Of a stretch of DNA of 64,000 bases, positions 9,867 to 19,815 are shown in pieces. A program made the position numbers and the translations under genes. The stretch lies in assembly GCA_031285775.1 (NCBI GenBank), contig JAITVN010000004.1, forward strand, positions 391 to 64,390, in the 5' to 3' direction. Within the stretch, counting starts at the first letter, position 1; each line of letters begins with the position of its first letter. The stretch is from Streptococcaceae bacterium (lineage in GTDB: Bacteria > Bacillota > Bacilli > Lactobacillales > Streptococcaceae). The notes beneath the pieces were generated by a model. It did not search any database, was not told the DNA's origin, and saw only the letters and a program-made list of their open reading frames with translations.

Positions 9867-10583
9867 TCATCGCTTCTGGCGCCGTGCCACTTCAGTAAAT
9901 CTGAACTTGTCCACCTGATGGCGGCTTTCGGTGTACTGAAAAAAGGTATTATCACTAAGGTAGACATGGCTTTTAACCGACACAATGTGGTGATCCTGAG
10001 AGCCCAAGTCAAGTAGCCGCTGATCCTGCTCACTGATAAAGTCAATCGTAATCTCCTTTTGAGCATAGGCAATCTCAAGATTTAAGCTATTTTCCAAATA
10101 ATCATAAATTGAATTCTCTGCAATAGACTTTGTAAGTGCGCCGCAGACGTCCGCACGTAAAATATCAAGATCCAGAATCGCGAACTTATCATCGATTTTA
10201 CGTCGGCGCAGAACTTGAAAAACCTTGCAGCCGAGAGGAAAACCTGTGCGATCCGCCATCTTCTGATCAACGCACAGCTCCTCAAAATCAATCACCTCAG
10301 TTTCACTCTTAAAGCCAAGTGAAGTCTGCAGTTCCTTGAAAGAGGTCAAGCCAGAAATCGGAAAAAGCAGCTTATCATGGGCAATCACGATGCTGCCATA
10401 ACCATGTCTGCGGTGAATCAGGCCATTTTCCTCCAGAACACTCAAAGCCTGTCGAACAGTGGTACGCGTAGTTGCGTAACTCTCCGACAGCTGATTTTCA
10501 CTGGGCAGGAGGTCATTTTCCTTGTAAAAATCGCTGTAAATCTTCTGTTCGAGGTCATTTGCAATCATCTCATACTTCTTCAT
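9867..10583 (-). CDS. treR: trehalose operon repressor (GntR/UTRA)
   Basis: LLPSENQL, QYTESRH; divergent from trehalose PTS genes. Confidence 0.92.
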   Translation of the reverse strand: MKKYEMIANDLEQKIYSDFYKENDLLPSENQLSESYATTRTTVRQALSVLEENGLIHRRHGYGSIVIAHDKLLFPISGLTSFKELQTSLGFKSETEVIDFEELCVDQKMADRTGFPLGCKVFQVLRRRKIDDKFAILDLDILRADVCGALTKSIAENSIYDYLENSLNLEIAYAQKEITIDFISEQDQRLLDLGSQDHHIVSVKSHVYLSDNTFFQYTESRHQVDKFRFTEVARRQKR

Positions 10584-10627
10584 AACATCATTTTAGCACG
10601 ATTTAAAAGAAATTGTGTGAAATTTAA

Positions 10628-10683
10628 AGTAACCGCTTGCAAAAAGAAAGAACCTGTGCTATTATTAACTTGTATATACAAGT
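10628..10683 (+). promoter_or_regulatory. tre promoter with cre-like site and probable TreR operator
   Basis: GTAACCGCTTGCA overlapping -35 TTGCAA; N17; TGc-TATTAT; perfect palindrome ACTTGTATATACAAGT at 10668-10683. Confidence 0.75.
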
Positions 10684-10705
10684 AGATTAAAAAAGGAGAA
10701 AAAAG

Positions 10706-11200
10706 TTGTTTAAATTAGGAAAGAAGAACAAAGCCCTGCAGAATGACACAAAACTCTACGCACCTGTCACGGGGCAGCTCATCGCCCTAGAGAATGTCTC
10801 AGACCCAGTTTTTGCCCAGAAAATAATGGGTGACGGCTATGCCATCGAGCCAAGCGACAGCAAGATCGTCAGCCCAGTCGCAGGGGAAGTGACAGTCATG
10901 CAGCATCATGCGATCGGCTTCAAACGCGCGGATGGTCTCGAAGTCTTGCTGCACCTAGGAATTGACACCGTAAGTCTAAATGGTGCGCCTTTCAAAATTA
11001 ATGTGTCAGTCGGAGAAATTGTGGAGGCTGGTGAAAGCTTAGGACAAGCTGATTGGGAGCAGGTTGAAGCCGCCGGACTAGACAAAACCACAATGGTTAT
11101 CATTACTAATACAGCGGACAAACTTTCTGATTTGTCGCTCAAAACTGCCGATGTACCTGTTACAGCCGGCGATGTCGTCGGTGAAGCTACAAGCAAGTAA
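10706..11200 (+). CDS. PTS EIIA (glucose family), trehalose
   Basis: DPVFAQKIMGDG, LLHLGIDTV. Confidence 0.92.
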   Translation: MFKLGKKNKALQNDTKLYAPVTGQLIALENVSDPVFAQKIMGDGYAIEPSDSKIVSPVAGEVTVMQHHAIGFKRADGLEVLLHLGIDTVSLNGAPFKINVSVGEIVEAGESLGQADWEQVEAAGLDKTTMVIITNTADKLSDLSLKTADVPVTAGDVVGEATSK

Positions 11201-11254
11201 TTGATTTATCTATATTTATAATAGAAGAAAATTAAAACTTTTAGGAGATTTTTT

Positions 11255-12928
11255 ATGGCTGATTATTCAAAACTAGCAACAGATATTATTGCTGGTGTCG
11301 GCGGAGCCGACAATATTACCAAAGTTATCCATTGTATCACGCGCCTGCGCTTTACTTTGGTTAACAAAGACAAGGCTGACGGCGAAGCGCTGATGAAACT
11401 TTCTGCCAAGGACGTTCCTGCTGTCACCGCACTTTATAATGAGAAGCTGAACCAGTATCAAGTGGTGATTGGACAGGCTGTCGAAGATGTATATGACGCT
11501 GTCGTGGCACAGCTCGGCGATCATGTCACTGACAAGGAGGCCACCGCAAAATCTGTCGCAGAAACCAGCGGTCAGGGCGGCAGCAAGAATCCGTTTGTAC
11601 GCGCTTTCCAGGTTGTCATCGGAACGATTACTGGTTCAATGATTCCGATTATCGGCTTGCTCGCTGCAGGCGGTATGATTAACGGAATTCTCAATATGTT
11701 CGTCAAGGGGAATAACATTTTCAATCTGATTGACCCGAAAGACCCGACTTATATTATTATTTCTACCATGGCTATGGCGCCTTTCTACTTTCTTCCTGTA
11801 CTCGTTGGTTATACGGCCGCAAAACAGTTAGGTTCTGATCCCCTGGTTGTCGCGGCTGTCGGCGGTGTCATGATTGCCCCAGCGATTCGAAACATCGTCA
11901 GTTTGGACAATCCAGTCATTGTCGCAGCCAGCAAAACTATCAAAACGGCGGCTGAGGCAATCGCATCCTCGGGGGTAACAGCCCATGGTGCAAATGCTGT
12001 TGCAAATTATGACGCAAGCGGTGCAGTTCAAAGCTGGACTGTAACTGCTGGTAGTGTTGGAAAGTTTCTGGGCGTTACTTTTAACACCAGCTACTTCGGT
12101 ATTCCTGTTGACCTGCCGAATTATGCCTACACCATCTTCCCAATTATTGTCGCCGCAGCCATTGCCGTGCCGATTGGAAAATGGCTGAAAAAGGTACTGC
12201 CTTTGGCCTTGCGACCAATATTTCAGCCGCTTCTGACTTTCTTTGTTGTTTCATCACTCATCATCCTGATTTTAGGTCCAGTGATTTCAACCATCTCCTC
12301 AGGACTTCTGAAAGTTGTAGACTGGCTGCTTGCCCTCAATCTCGGCATCGCAGGCATCATTGTCGGCGGTCTCTACCAAATTCTTGTTATCTTCGGTCTG
12401 CACTGGCTCATTGTACCGCTTATTTCTCAGCAAATTGCCTCCACTGGTGAGTCTTCACTGAACATGATCGTCAGCTTCACTATGCTTGCCCAAGGTGCAG
12501 GCGCACTGGCTGTCTTCTTTAAGACACGCCAGGCTTCACTGAAAGGTCTCGCCTTCCCAGCAGCGATTTCTGCCTTCTGCGGCGTTACCGAACCCGCAAT
12601 GTACGGAATTAATTTGAAATACATCCGAGTCTTCATCATGAGCTCCATCGGTGCAGCAGTCGGTGCCGGTATCGGAGGTTTCTTCAACCTGCATATGTAC
12701 GGCTTCTCCGGCTCACTTGTGGGCTTCCCTATGTTCTCATCCACACACAACCCGCTCACAGGCGTAGCCCAAAACCCTAACAACTTCCTTATTTTCTGGA
12801 TTGCGACCGCAGTCTGCGTTGTCGTAAGTATGCTCCTCGTCTGGTTCTTCGGTTTCAAGGACAGCGATGAAATCGGACTGGGCGTTGAAAAGAAAAACGT
12901 CTTTAAAGACGCAGTGTCTCAGAAATAG
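11255..12928 (+). CDS. treB: PTS trehalose EIIBC
   Basis: HCITRLRF, GVTEPAMYG; between treR and a GH13 gene. Confidence 0.88.
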   Translation: MADYSKLATDIIAGVGGADNITKVIHCITRLRFTLVNKDKADGEALMKLSAKDVPAVTALYNEKLNQYQVVIGQAVEDVYDAVVAQLGDHVTDKEATAKSVAETSGQGGSKNPFVRAFQVVIGTITGSMIPIIGLLAAGGMINGILNMFVKGNNIFNLIDPKDPTYIIISTMAMAPFYFLPVLVGYTAAKQLGSDPLVVAAVGGVMIAPAIRNIVSLDNPVIVAASKTIKTAAEAIASSGVTAHGANAVANYDASGAVQSWTVTAGSVGKFLGVTFNTSYFGIPVDLPNYAYTIFPIIVAAAIAVPIGKWLKKVLPLALRPIFQPLLTFFVVSSLIILILGPVISTISSGLLKVVDWLLALNLGIAGIIVGGLYQILVIFGLHWLIVPLISQQIASTGESSLNMIVSFTMLAQGAGALAVFFKTRQASLKGLAFPAAISAFCGVTEPAMYGINLKYIRVFIMSSIGAAVGAGIGGFFNLHMYGFSGSLVGFPMFSSTHNPLTGVAQNPNNFLIFWIATAVCVVVSMLLVWFFGFKDSDEIGLGVEKKNVFKDAVSQK

Positions 12929-12943
12929 AAAGAAGTGCATCTC

Positions 12944-14554
12944 ATGACATTCAACGATAAAGTCATTTATCAAATATATCCAAAATCATTTTTAGATACA
13001 AACGGAGACGGTATCGGGGATTTACTGGGAATTACCAGCAAAATCCCCTACCTCGCCGATCTCGGCATTGACATGATCTGGCTCAACCCCATCTACCCGA
13101 GCCCTCAGCACGATAACGGCTACGACATTTCCGACTACAAAGCCATTGACCCGATTTTCGGCAGCTTTGCTGACTTCGACGAAATGATTAGAGTAGGAAA
13201 AAAGTATCACATCGAATTCATGCTGGATATGGTACTCAACCACGTTTCAACTGAGCACGAGTGGTTCCAGAAAGCATTGGCAGGCGACAAGTATTATCAG
13301 GACTTTTTCATCATCCGCGATCAGCCCAATGACTGGCTGTCAAAGTTCGGCGGCTCAGCTTGGGCACCCTTTGGTGAAACTGGTAAATACTATTTGCACC
13401 TCTACGAAACAACACAGGCAGACCTCAACTGGAGAAACGAAAACGTCCGCCGCGAACTGATAGATGTCGTCAATTTCTGGCGTGCCAAAGGCATCTCTGG
13501 CTTCCGCTTTGATGTCATTAACGTTATCGGGAAAGACCAGCAGCTACTTGACAATCCAGTTGACGGCGGAAAATCTGAGTACACTGACAAGCCCATTGTC
13601 CACGACTACCTGCAGATGCTGAATCAGTCGACATTCGGCCAGGATAACAGTAGCATTACCGTCGGCGAAATGAGCTCCACCACGATTGAAAACAGCATAT
13701 TGTACACTCGGCCTGATCGTCACGAACTCTCCATGGTTTTCAGCTTCTATCACCTCAAAACCGACTACGAAAACGGCGACAAATGGACAAAGATGACGCC
13801 TGATTTTGCAAAGCTGCGAGACATACTGCACGTCTGGGGGAAGAAAATGTCTGATGGCAAAGGCTGGAATGCACTATTTTGGACAAATCACGATCAGCCT
13901 CGCGCACTCAGCCGCTTTGTCGACACAGATCACTTTCGAGTAAAGGGAGCCACTATGCTAGCTGCCAGCGAGCACTTGAGCAGAGGTACACCTTTCGTCT
14001 ACATGGGGGAAGAAATCGGCATGGTCAATCCTGACTACCAATCAATTGAAGACTTTGAAGATATTGAAGCCATCAATGCCTATAAAATGCTGCTCAAGTC
14101 TGGAAAGTCAGAAACTGAAGCGCTTCAAATCCTGCAGGAAAAAGCTCGCGATAATTCACGCAGCCCCATGCAATGGGATTCCAGCAAAAATTCTGGTTTT
14201 TGCACAGGCAAACCATGGATAGCTCTCGGCAATCACCCTGACATCAACGTTGCTTCAGAAAAAAATGGTGAAATCTACAGTTTTTACAAAAAACTGATCC
14301 AGCTCCGTAAAGATCAAGAAATCATCTCGAAAGGCTCATACATACCTGCATTTGAGGATTCAGACAGCATCTACGCCTTCATCAGAAGCCTTGGAAAAGA
14401 AAAACTTCTAGTCCTGAACAATTTCAAAGACCAAGCCGTAAGTTTCAAAACTCCTCAAGAATTTAACAAAGCGGATATCCTTATCAGCAATTATGACAAC
14501 TACATTCCTGGCTATTTGCAGCCTTACCAGTCTATTGCGCTGATACTAAAATAA
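12944..14554 (+). CDS. treC: trehalose-6-phosphate hydrolase (GH13)
   Basis: YQIYPKSF, DNGYDISDY, GFRFDVIN, NHDQPR. Confidence 0.92.
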   Translation: MTFNDKVIYQIYPKSFLDTNGDGIGDLLGITSKIPYLADLGIDMIWLNPIYPSPQHDNGYDISDYKAIDPIFGSFADFDEMIRVGKKYHIEFMLDMVLNHVSTEHEWFQKALAGDKYYQDFFIIRDQPNDWLSKFGGSAWAPFGETGKYYLHLYETTQADLNWRNENVRRELIDVVNFWRAKGISGFRFDVINVIGKDQQLLDNPVDGGKSEYTDKPIVHDYLQMLNQSTFGQDNSSITVGEMSSTTIENSILYTRPDRHELSMVFSFYHLKTDYENGDKWTKMTPDFAKLRDILHVWGKKMSDGKGWNALFWTNHDQPRALSRFVDTDHFRVKGATMLAASEHLSRGTPFVYMGEEIGMVNPDYQSIEDFEDIEAINAYKMLLKSGKSETEALQILQEKARDNSRSPMQWDSSKNSGFCTGKPWIALGNHPDINVASEKNGEIYSFYKKLIQLRKDQEIISKGSYIPAFEDSDSIYAFIRSLGKEKLLVLNNFKDQAVSFKTPQEFNKADILISNYDNYIPGYLQPYQSIALILK

Positions 14555-14706
14555 GTATATAAATTCATACTTTTACTAAATTTAATAAACTGTCTCAAGC
14601 AGGCCACTCAGACCTGCTTATTTTCTGGTTATTTTCATTTAATTGTGATATTATTTTCACAAAGAAAAAATTTGTCATTTAATAATGCTAGCAAAGGAAT
14701 CCCCCA

Positions 14707-15495
14707 ATGATTGAACTCACTCATCTCAGCAAAGTCTTCGGCAGCGTCACTGCCCTCAACGACCTGACATTAACCATTCCCTCAGGCCAAATCTTCGGCT
14801 TTCTCGGACATAACGGCGCTGGCAAGTCCACCACTCTCAAGTGCCTGACCAGCATCATCGAGCCAACCAGCGGCTCCATCAAATTTGACGGTCTCGAACT
14901 CAAAGACAACCGCCAAGCCATCAAGCAGCGAATCGGATATGTTCCTGATACGCCTGACCTGTTTCTGCAGCTGACTGCCAATGAATACTGGAATCTGATT
15001 GCCTCAGCTTACAGCTTGACGGATAGCCAGATGACGGAGCAGCTCTCTCGCTTGACCCAGCTTTTTGACATTTCGGATAAAGGCGATGAAACCATTGAGA
15101 GCTTCTCACATGGTATGCGCCAGAAGGTTATCGTCATTGGGGCGCTGCTCAGCAATCCGGATATCTGGATACTGGACGAACCCCTTCAGGGACTTGACCC
15201 GCAAGCGGCCTATGACCTGAAAGAATTAATGAAAACGCATGCCGCGCAAGGCAAAACGGTCATCTTTTCCACCCATGCGCTGGAAGTCGCTCAACAACTC
15301 TGCGACCAGCTCGCCATCTTAAAAGCCGGCAAACTCATTTACACAGGCAGCGTTGACCAGCTTCTGGCTGAAGCAGGCGACGATTCACTGGAGACTGTCT
15401 ACTTGAAAATGGCAGGGCGCCAAAGTGAGACAAGCCACAACTTCGGACAAAACGCTGACACTCAGCAACGCAATTCTGAAAATGAAGGGCATTAA
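14707..15495 (+). CDS. ABC transporter ATP-binding protein
   Basis: GHNGAGKST, FSHGMRQK, LDEP. Confidence 0.92.
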   Translation: MIELTHLSKVFGSVTALNDLTLTIPSGQIFGFLGHNGAGKSTTLKCLTSIIEPTSGSIKFDGLELKDNRQAIKQRIGYVPDTPDLFLQLTANEYWNLIASAYSLTDSQMTEQLSRLTQLFDISDKGDETIESFSHGMRQKVIVIGALLSNPDIWILDEPLQGLDPQAAYDLKELMKTHAAQGKTVIFSTHALEVAQQLCDQLAILKAGKLIYTGSVDQLLAEAGDDSLETVYLKMAGRQSETSHNFGQNADTQQRNSENEGH

Positions 15496-15498
15496 AAT

Positions 15499-17133
15499 AT
15501 GAACTTCCGACAAATCAAGACACTTTTCAAAATCAACCTGCTTTATGTCAACCCTCAAGTTACCGAACAGTCCCGTCGAAAAATAAAACGCGGAAAAAAG
15601 CTTTCCAACTCTCTGCTGCTTCAGTACAGCCTGGTAGGAATTATCTACCTCCTGCTGTTTTCTGTCATGATGCTGACCATTGACCTGCCGAAATATCCAG
15701 GCTATTTTGGTATGTACTTCATTCTGTACTTGGTCTTTGCGGGCTCACAAGCCTTTGCAGCCTTTCACAATGTCATGTATGAAAGTAAAGATTTGAAAGA
15801 CCTCCTTCCCCTGCCCATCGCGAGCAGCAGCATTTTCTTCGCCAAATTTCTAACAGTTACCTTTACCGTTGTTCCCTACGCCTTGCCGCTGCTCTCCCTC
15901 TTCCTGATGACTGGATTCCGTGCTACAGGCATCATCGGTATGATCTTAGCCATTCTCGTTTTCCTAATCACCATCACCTTGCTCATGGAAGTCTGCATCT
16001 GGCTCATCTCACTCATCGTGCAGACTGATTTTTTCCAGCGCTACAAGAAAACAGCCAACGCTATCCTGCTGATACTTCCAACTGTTGGTTCTATGGGCGC
16101 ATACTTCCTTTTGATTCTACAAAATAATTCCCAGTCCGATGCCATCATGGCTGGGAAACTAGCTGACCGGCCGATAATTCCTTTCTTCACGCCAGTATTT
16201 GACGCATTGGTGCATCCAATCTCTCTGGGCAGCTTGCTGTATTGGCCGTTAAGTCTGCTCGTTCTGGCTGCGCTTTACATGGTCATCCAGAAGCGAACCA
16301 TCCCAAAGATGTTTGAATTGCAGCTCTCTGAGAGCCCAGCAAAGCCGAAATCCGCTAGAAAAAAGCCAAATGCTATCCGCTCAAGCTCAGCCGCAGCTAA
16401 AAGCTCAAAATCTCTGTCCAAACAGCTCTTCCATTACAATCTCGGCTTACTCAAAAATCCGACACTTTGGATGCAAGGTCTAATCAACGCCTACATTATG
16501 CCCTTCGCGATGCTTTTCGGCGTCAACATGAGCACCTCAATTAACCTATCATGGCTTCCGCTGAACTACTTTGCCGCTTTCTTCCTAATAGGCTGTTTCT
16601 TCGCATTAATTACCATCAGCCCAGCCTCATTCTGCAGTCTCATCATCTCACTTGATCGTGAAAATTACGCCTACATCACAAGCTTGCCTATGAGCTTAGA
16701 ATACTACCTCCGGATGAAATTTTACTTCGTCGTCGGCTTGCAGACACTATTGAATACACTGGTGCTGACTATCCTCTCCATCATCCTGCATATTCCATTT
16801 TTGCTGATTGTATCGCTCCTGCTGGGTAATCTGCTTGCTCAGTACATCTATTCACAATTCTATTACTACCGTGACTTCCGACTGCTCAATTTAAACTGGA
16901 CCAGCATCTCGCAGCTCTACACACGCGGCGGCGGAAGTTGGCTGACCGTCGGCCTGCTGGTAGGCACTATTCTTGGCGGCGCTATCATTGCTGCTATCGC
17001 ATTCCTATTATTGACAATCCTTCCTCTACCAGTGCTTGTCAATGTGGTTCTAATTGCACTTACCCTGCTTGTCTTCTGGCTAGTAGAACGTCATTACCAG
17101 AAAGTTTTCTGGAAAAGCTCGAAAATCCATTGA
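15499..17133 (+). CDS. ABC-2 type transporter permease
   Basis: Two multi-TM halves; DLKDLLPLPI and ISLDRENY motifs; coupled to ATPase. Confidence 0.85.
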   Translation: MNFRQIKTLFKINLLYVNPQVTEQSRRKIKRGKKLSNSLLLQYSLVGIIYLLLFSVMMLTIDLPKYPGYFGMYFILYLVFAGSQAFAAFHNVMYESKDLKDLLPLPIASSSIFFAKFLTVTFTVVPYALPLLSLFLMTGFRATGIIGMILAILVFLITITLLMEVCIWLISLIVQTDFFQRYKKTANAILLILPTVGSMGAYFLLILQNNSQSDAIMAGKLADRPIIPFFTPVFDALVHPISLGSLLYWPLSLLVLAALYMVIQKRTIPKMFELQLSESPAKPKSARKKPNAIRSSSAAAKSSKSLSKQLFHYNLGLLKNPTLWMQGLINAYIMPFAMLFGVNMSTSINLSWLPLNYFAAFFLIGCFFALITISPASFCSLIISLDRENYAYITSLPMSLEYYLRMKFYFVVGLQTLLNTLVLTILSIILHIPFLLIVSLLLGNLLAQYIYSQFYYYRDFRLLNLNWTSISQLYTRGGGSWLTVGLLVGTILGGAIIAAIAFLLLTILPLPVLVNVVLIALTLLVFWLVERHYQKVFWKSSKIH

Positions 17134-17151
17134 TCATTCCTGAAAAATCAA

Positions 17152-17199
17152 GAAAATCCGACTGCTTCTAACTTCGTTTTAAAGCAGTTCGGATTTTTA
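17152..17199. terminator. intrinsic terminator
   Basis: AAAATCCGACTGCTT...AAGCAGTTCGGATTTTT. Confidence 0.7.
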
Positions 17200-17408
17200 T
17201 TTATAACTTCAAGAAGGCGCTTTTTCCAATATTTTTTCCTCTCGGAAAGCAAACAGAAGGCAAGCGCTTGAAAAATTTGAGGCAGCACATCCGTCAGGAA
17301 ATTCAGAGAGCTCACAGATATTCTCAAACCTTCTTCAGGCAGCCGCTTCTTATTACAGCTGACGAGCAGTTTTTAAGTTAACTTCTCGGTTAATCTCGTC
17401 TGTTTTGC

Positions 17409-17495
17409 TTATAGTCTTCCAATGACGTGGAACAAAAGTACCGCGAGCACTACGGAAAGCTGGTCTGTCAATTTGAAAATTAATTTTTTCTTCAT
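17409..17495 (-). CDS. putative 28-aa peptide MKKKLIFKLTDQLSVVLAVLLFHVIGRL
   Basis: RBS GAAGGGAG just upstream, TATAAT further upstream; below ORF-track cutoff. Confidence 0.35.
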   Translation of the reverse strand: MKKKLIFKLTDQLSVVLAVLLFHVIGRL

Positions 17496-17730
17496 TTTTT
17501 CTCCCTTCATTTTTATTGATTATATATTATATTGTTTACTTTTGATATCAAAAGCAACTCTTCTTGGGAATGAGCCATCTGCTGACTCAATTTCCGACTA
17601 TAACGTCTTGAGTTCTGTTTCGGCAGTAGATAGGAAATTCTTTTGTTTCAACTTATCTGCAAGGCTAGATTCAATTTCTTCGCACGAGCAAAAGCGGCCA
17701 ATTTTTCTACAGCACACAAAGCATCATTTT

Positions 17731-18390
17731 TTAGTCCTTCGACTTAACTTGATGACGCTTAAGGACTACTATTCTAGAAAACATGTCATCGTATTTATCA
17801 GTATGCGTCACAACCACCACGGTTTTTCCGAGTTCATTCAGTTTCCCAAGAATTCTCATCACCAGATCACCATTTTTTTCGTCTAGTGACCCCGTCGGTT
17901 CGTCCGCAAGGATAATGGGATTATTACTCAATATTGTCCGCGCCAAAGCCACACGCTGCTGCTCGCCGCCAGACAATGAATGGGGCTTCAATGTCACATC
18001 TATATAGCCAAGATTTACCTGTTCCATAACAGCCAAAATTTGTTTTTTCCATGAATTCTTAGCGGCTTTTTTAATTTTCAACACAAGGGAGAGATTTTTG
18101 AAGATCGTCTCATTTTCAAGTAGTCCGAAATTTTGAAAGACAAAGGAAATCTGATTTCTAAATAAATTTCGCTGCTTTCTCGCGCTGATTCGCGTAATAT
18201 CCATATCCCCAATACGAATTCTTCCAGTGTCCGCTTCCTCAACGGCACCAAGAATATTCAGCAGAGTCGTCTTGCCTGAACCACTTTCCCCCTTGATAGC
18301 TACAAACTCTCCATCAGAAATCTTCATCGAAATGTCCTTAAAAAGCGCTCTATCAAAACTTTTCGAGATATTCAACAACTCAATTGTCAT
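17731..18390 (-). CDS. bacteriocin-associated ABC ATP-binding protein
   Basis: GESGSGKTT, LSGGEQQR, LADEPTGSLD; paralog of 19171..19815. Confidence 0.88.
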   Translation of the reverse strand: MTIELLNISKSFDRALFKDISMKISDGEFVAIKGESGSGKTTLLNILGAVEEADTGRIRIGDMDITRISARKQRNLFRNQISFVFQNFGLLENETIFKNLSLVLKIKKAAKNSWKKQILAVMEQVNLGYIDVTLKPHSLSGGEQQRVALARTILSNNPIILADEPTGSLDEKNGDLVMRILGKLNELGKTVVVVTHTDKYDDMFSRIVVLKRHQVKSKD

Positions 18391-18710
18391 AAACTTTTCT
18401 CCCTTCTCCCCCCCCAAAAATAAACAGCTAATACGAGCCCTAGTAGCAGGACGGCCAGCATGATCACATAATCGTTTGAAATGAATACACCTATTCCCGC
18501 GAGAAAGCCGGAAAACATAAAGTGAAAGATCAGATACGGGAGGTATAAATGCCGATTCTGCACACCCTGCAGGACTTTTATTTCAATCTCTTTTTGACTA
18601 AGCCTTCTGAATTGATGGTAGCCGAAAAATAAACTGAAAAAGTAGATGATAAGTGAGACTGTTAATGCAATAATGAAAGGGGAGTAAATTTGAAACTGCG
18701 TACCAATCAT
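18387..18710 (-). pseudogene. C-terminal remnant of bacteriocin-associated membrane (permease/immunity) protein
   Basis: KEIEIKVLQG matches RQIAIKRLQG of 19815..21824; only last about 100 aa present. Confidence 0.7.
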
Positions 18711-18865
18711 TGACGATAGAAAACATAGCTGAGATGGTTCACCCCAAAATTAAAGGTTCCACCTGCAACATTAATTTTCAGTGCATTTGCGGTTGTCCCT
18801 CCGGCTCCAATGAGCGAAAGTGTGAGTAAAGCAGCTGTGGCGGTTTTTTTGAATCCCTTTGTCAT
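18707..18865 (-). pseudogene. truncated lactococcin 972-family precursor
   Basis: Sec signal ending ANA then VAGGTFNFGV; cut short by deletion. Confidence 0.7.
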
Positions 18866-19107
18866 GTTTTCCCTTCTTTCAGATTTGGCGAATGTTCTCT
18901 CTTTCATCTCAGCTCCTGCAAAAAGAAAAGCTGCAATGCTATAGCTACGCCATGCTAGTGTGCGATGTTACCAGCCATACTGCTGACTTACCGTACGTGC
19001 AAGTTAGTGGTTTGACTGCTTGGCCTAAGCCTTTCATTGAGCTTCAACTAAACTGTAAACTGTCGACGGTTCACTATTTTGAAGCTATTTTTCCTCCTAC
19101 TTATTAA

Positions 19108-19133
19108 TACGTTTTTTTCAACAAAATGTTGCA
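19108..19133 (-). promoter_or_regulatory. ECF-sigma-like promoter
   Basis: TGCAAC-N16-CGTA, duplicated at 22390-22415. Confidence 0.55.
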
Positions 19134-19170
19134 GGATATTTTAGTTTTCTGTACAATACAGACCGATGTG

Positions 19171-19815
19171 TCAATCTTTCCCGATTTCAATTACCTCATC
19201 CGCTTGACATACGATGACAGGGTCATGACTCACAACAACCACTGTTTTTCCTTTTTGCGTTTCTTTCTTCAAAAGTGCAAGGATTTCATTTCGATTTTTT
19301 TCATCTAAGGAACCTGTGGGTTCATCCGCTAATATCAGTTTACTATCCTTTAACAGAACCTGCGCCAATGCTACCTTCTGCTTTTCGCCGCCAGAAAGAC
19401 TGTAGACCTTAGTTTTTAGCGAATGACTCAGATTTACATCCGCCAGAGCTTGTCTCATTTTTATTCTTTTTTGCTTGGCACTGATTTTCACGTAAGAAAG
19501 CGAAAGCTCCAGGTTCTTTTCGACGCTGTCTTCTTCAATTAAAGCGAAATTTTGAAAAAGATAGGAGATATCCTGGCGCCTATAAAGAACCGCTTTTCTT
19601 GAGTTAACTAATGGAGCGAGCGCGTCAAAAAGGTAGTATTCTCCGTCATCATAGTCTTCAAGCATGCCGATGATGTTCAATAATGTCGTCTTTCCAGCAC
19701 CACTTACGCCGCGTATAACGATGAACTTATTCTCGGGGATGTCAATGTTATAATTTTGAAAAATCGTCTTTCGATGATATTTTTTTGTGAGGTTTTTAAT
19801 TTTTATGAGCGGCAT
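19171..19815 (-). CDS. bacteriocin-associated ABC ATP-binding protein
   Basis: GVSGAGKTT, YLFQNFALI, LSGGEKQK. Confidence 0.9.
   Translation of the reverse strand: MPLIKIKNLTKKYHRKTIFQNYNIDIPENKFIVIRGVSGAGKTTLLNIIGMLEDYDDGEYYLFDALAPLVNSRKAVLYRRQDISYLFQNFALIEEDSVEKNLELSLSYVKISAKQKRIKMRQALADVNLSHSLKTKVYSLSGGEKQKVALAQVLLKDSKLILADEPTGSLDEKNRNEILALLKKETQKGKTVVVVSHDPVIVCQADEVIEIGKD

Noticed and set aside
11890-12070. Ala/Ser-rich insertion in trehalose EIIC
   Set aside because: Falls in a loop that varies in length in this family; no evidence of a separate element.
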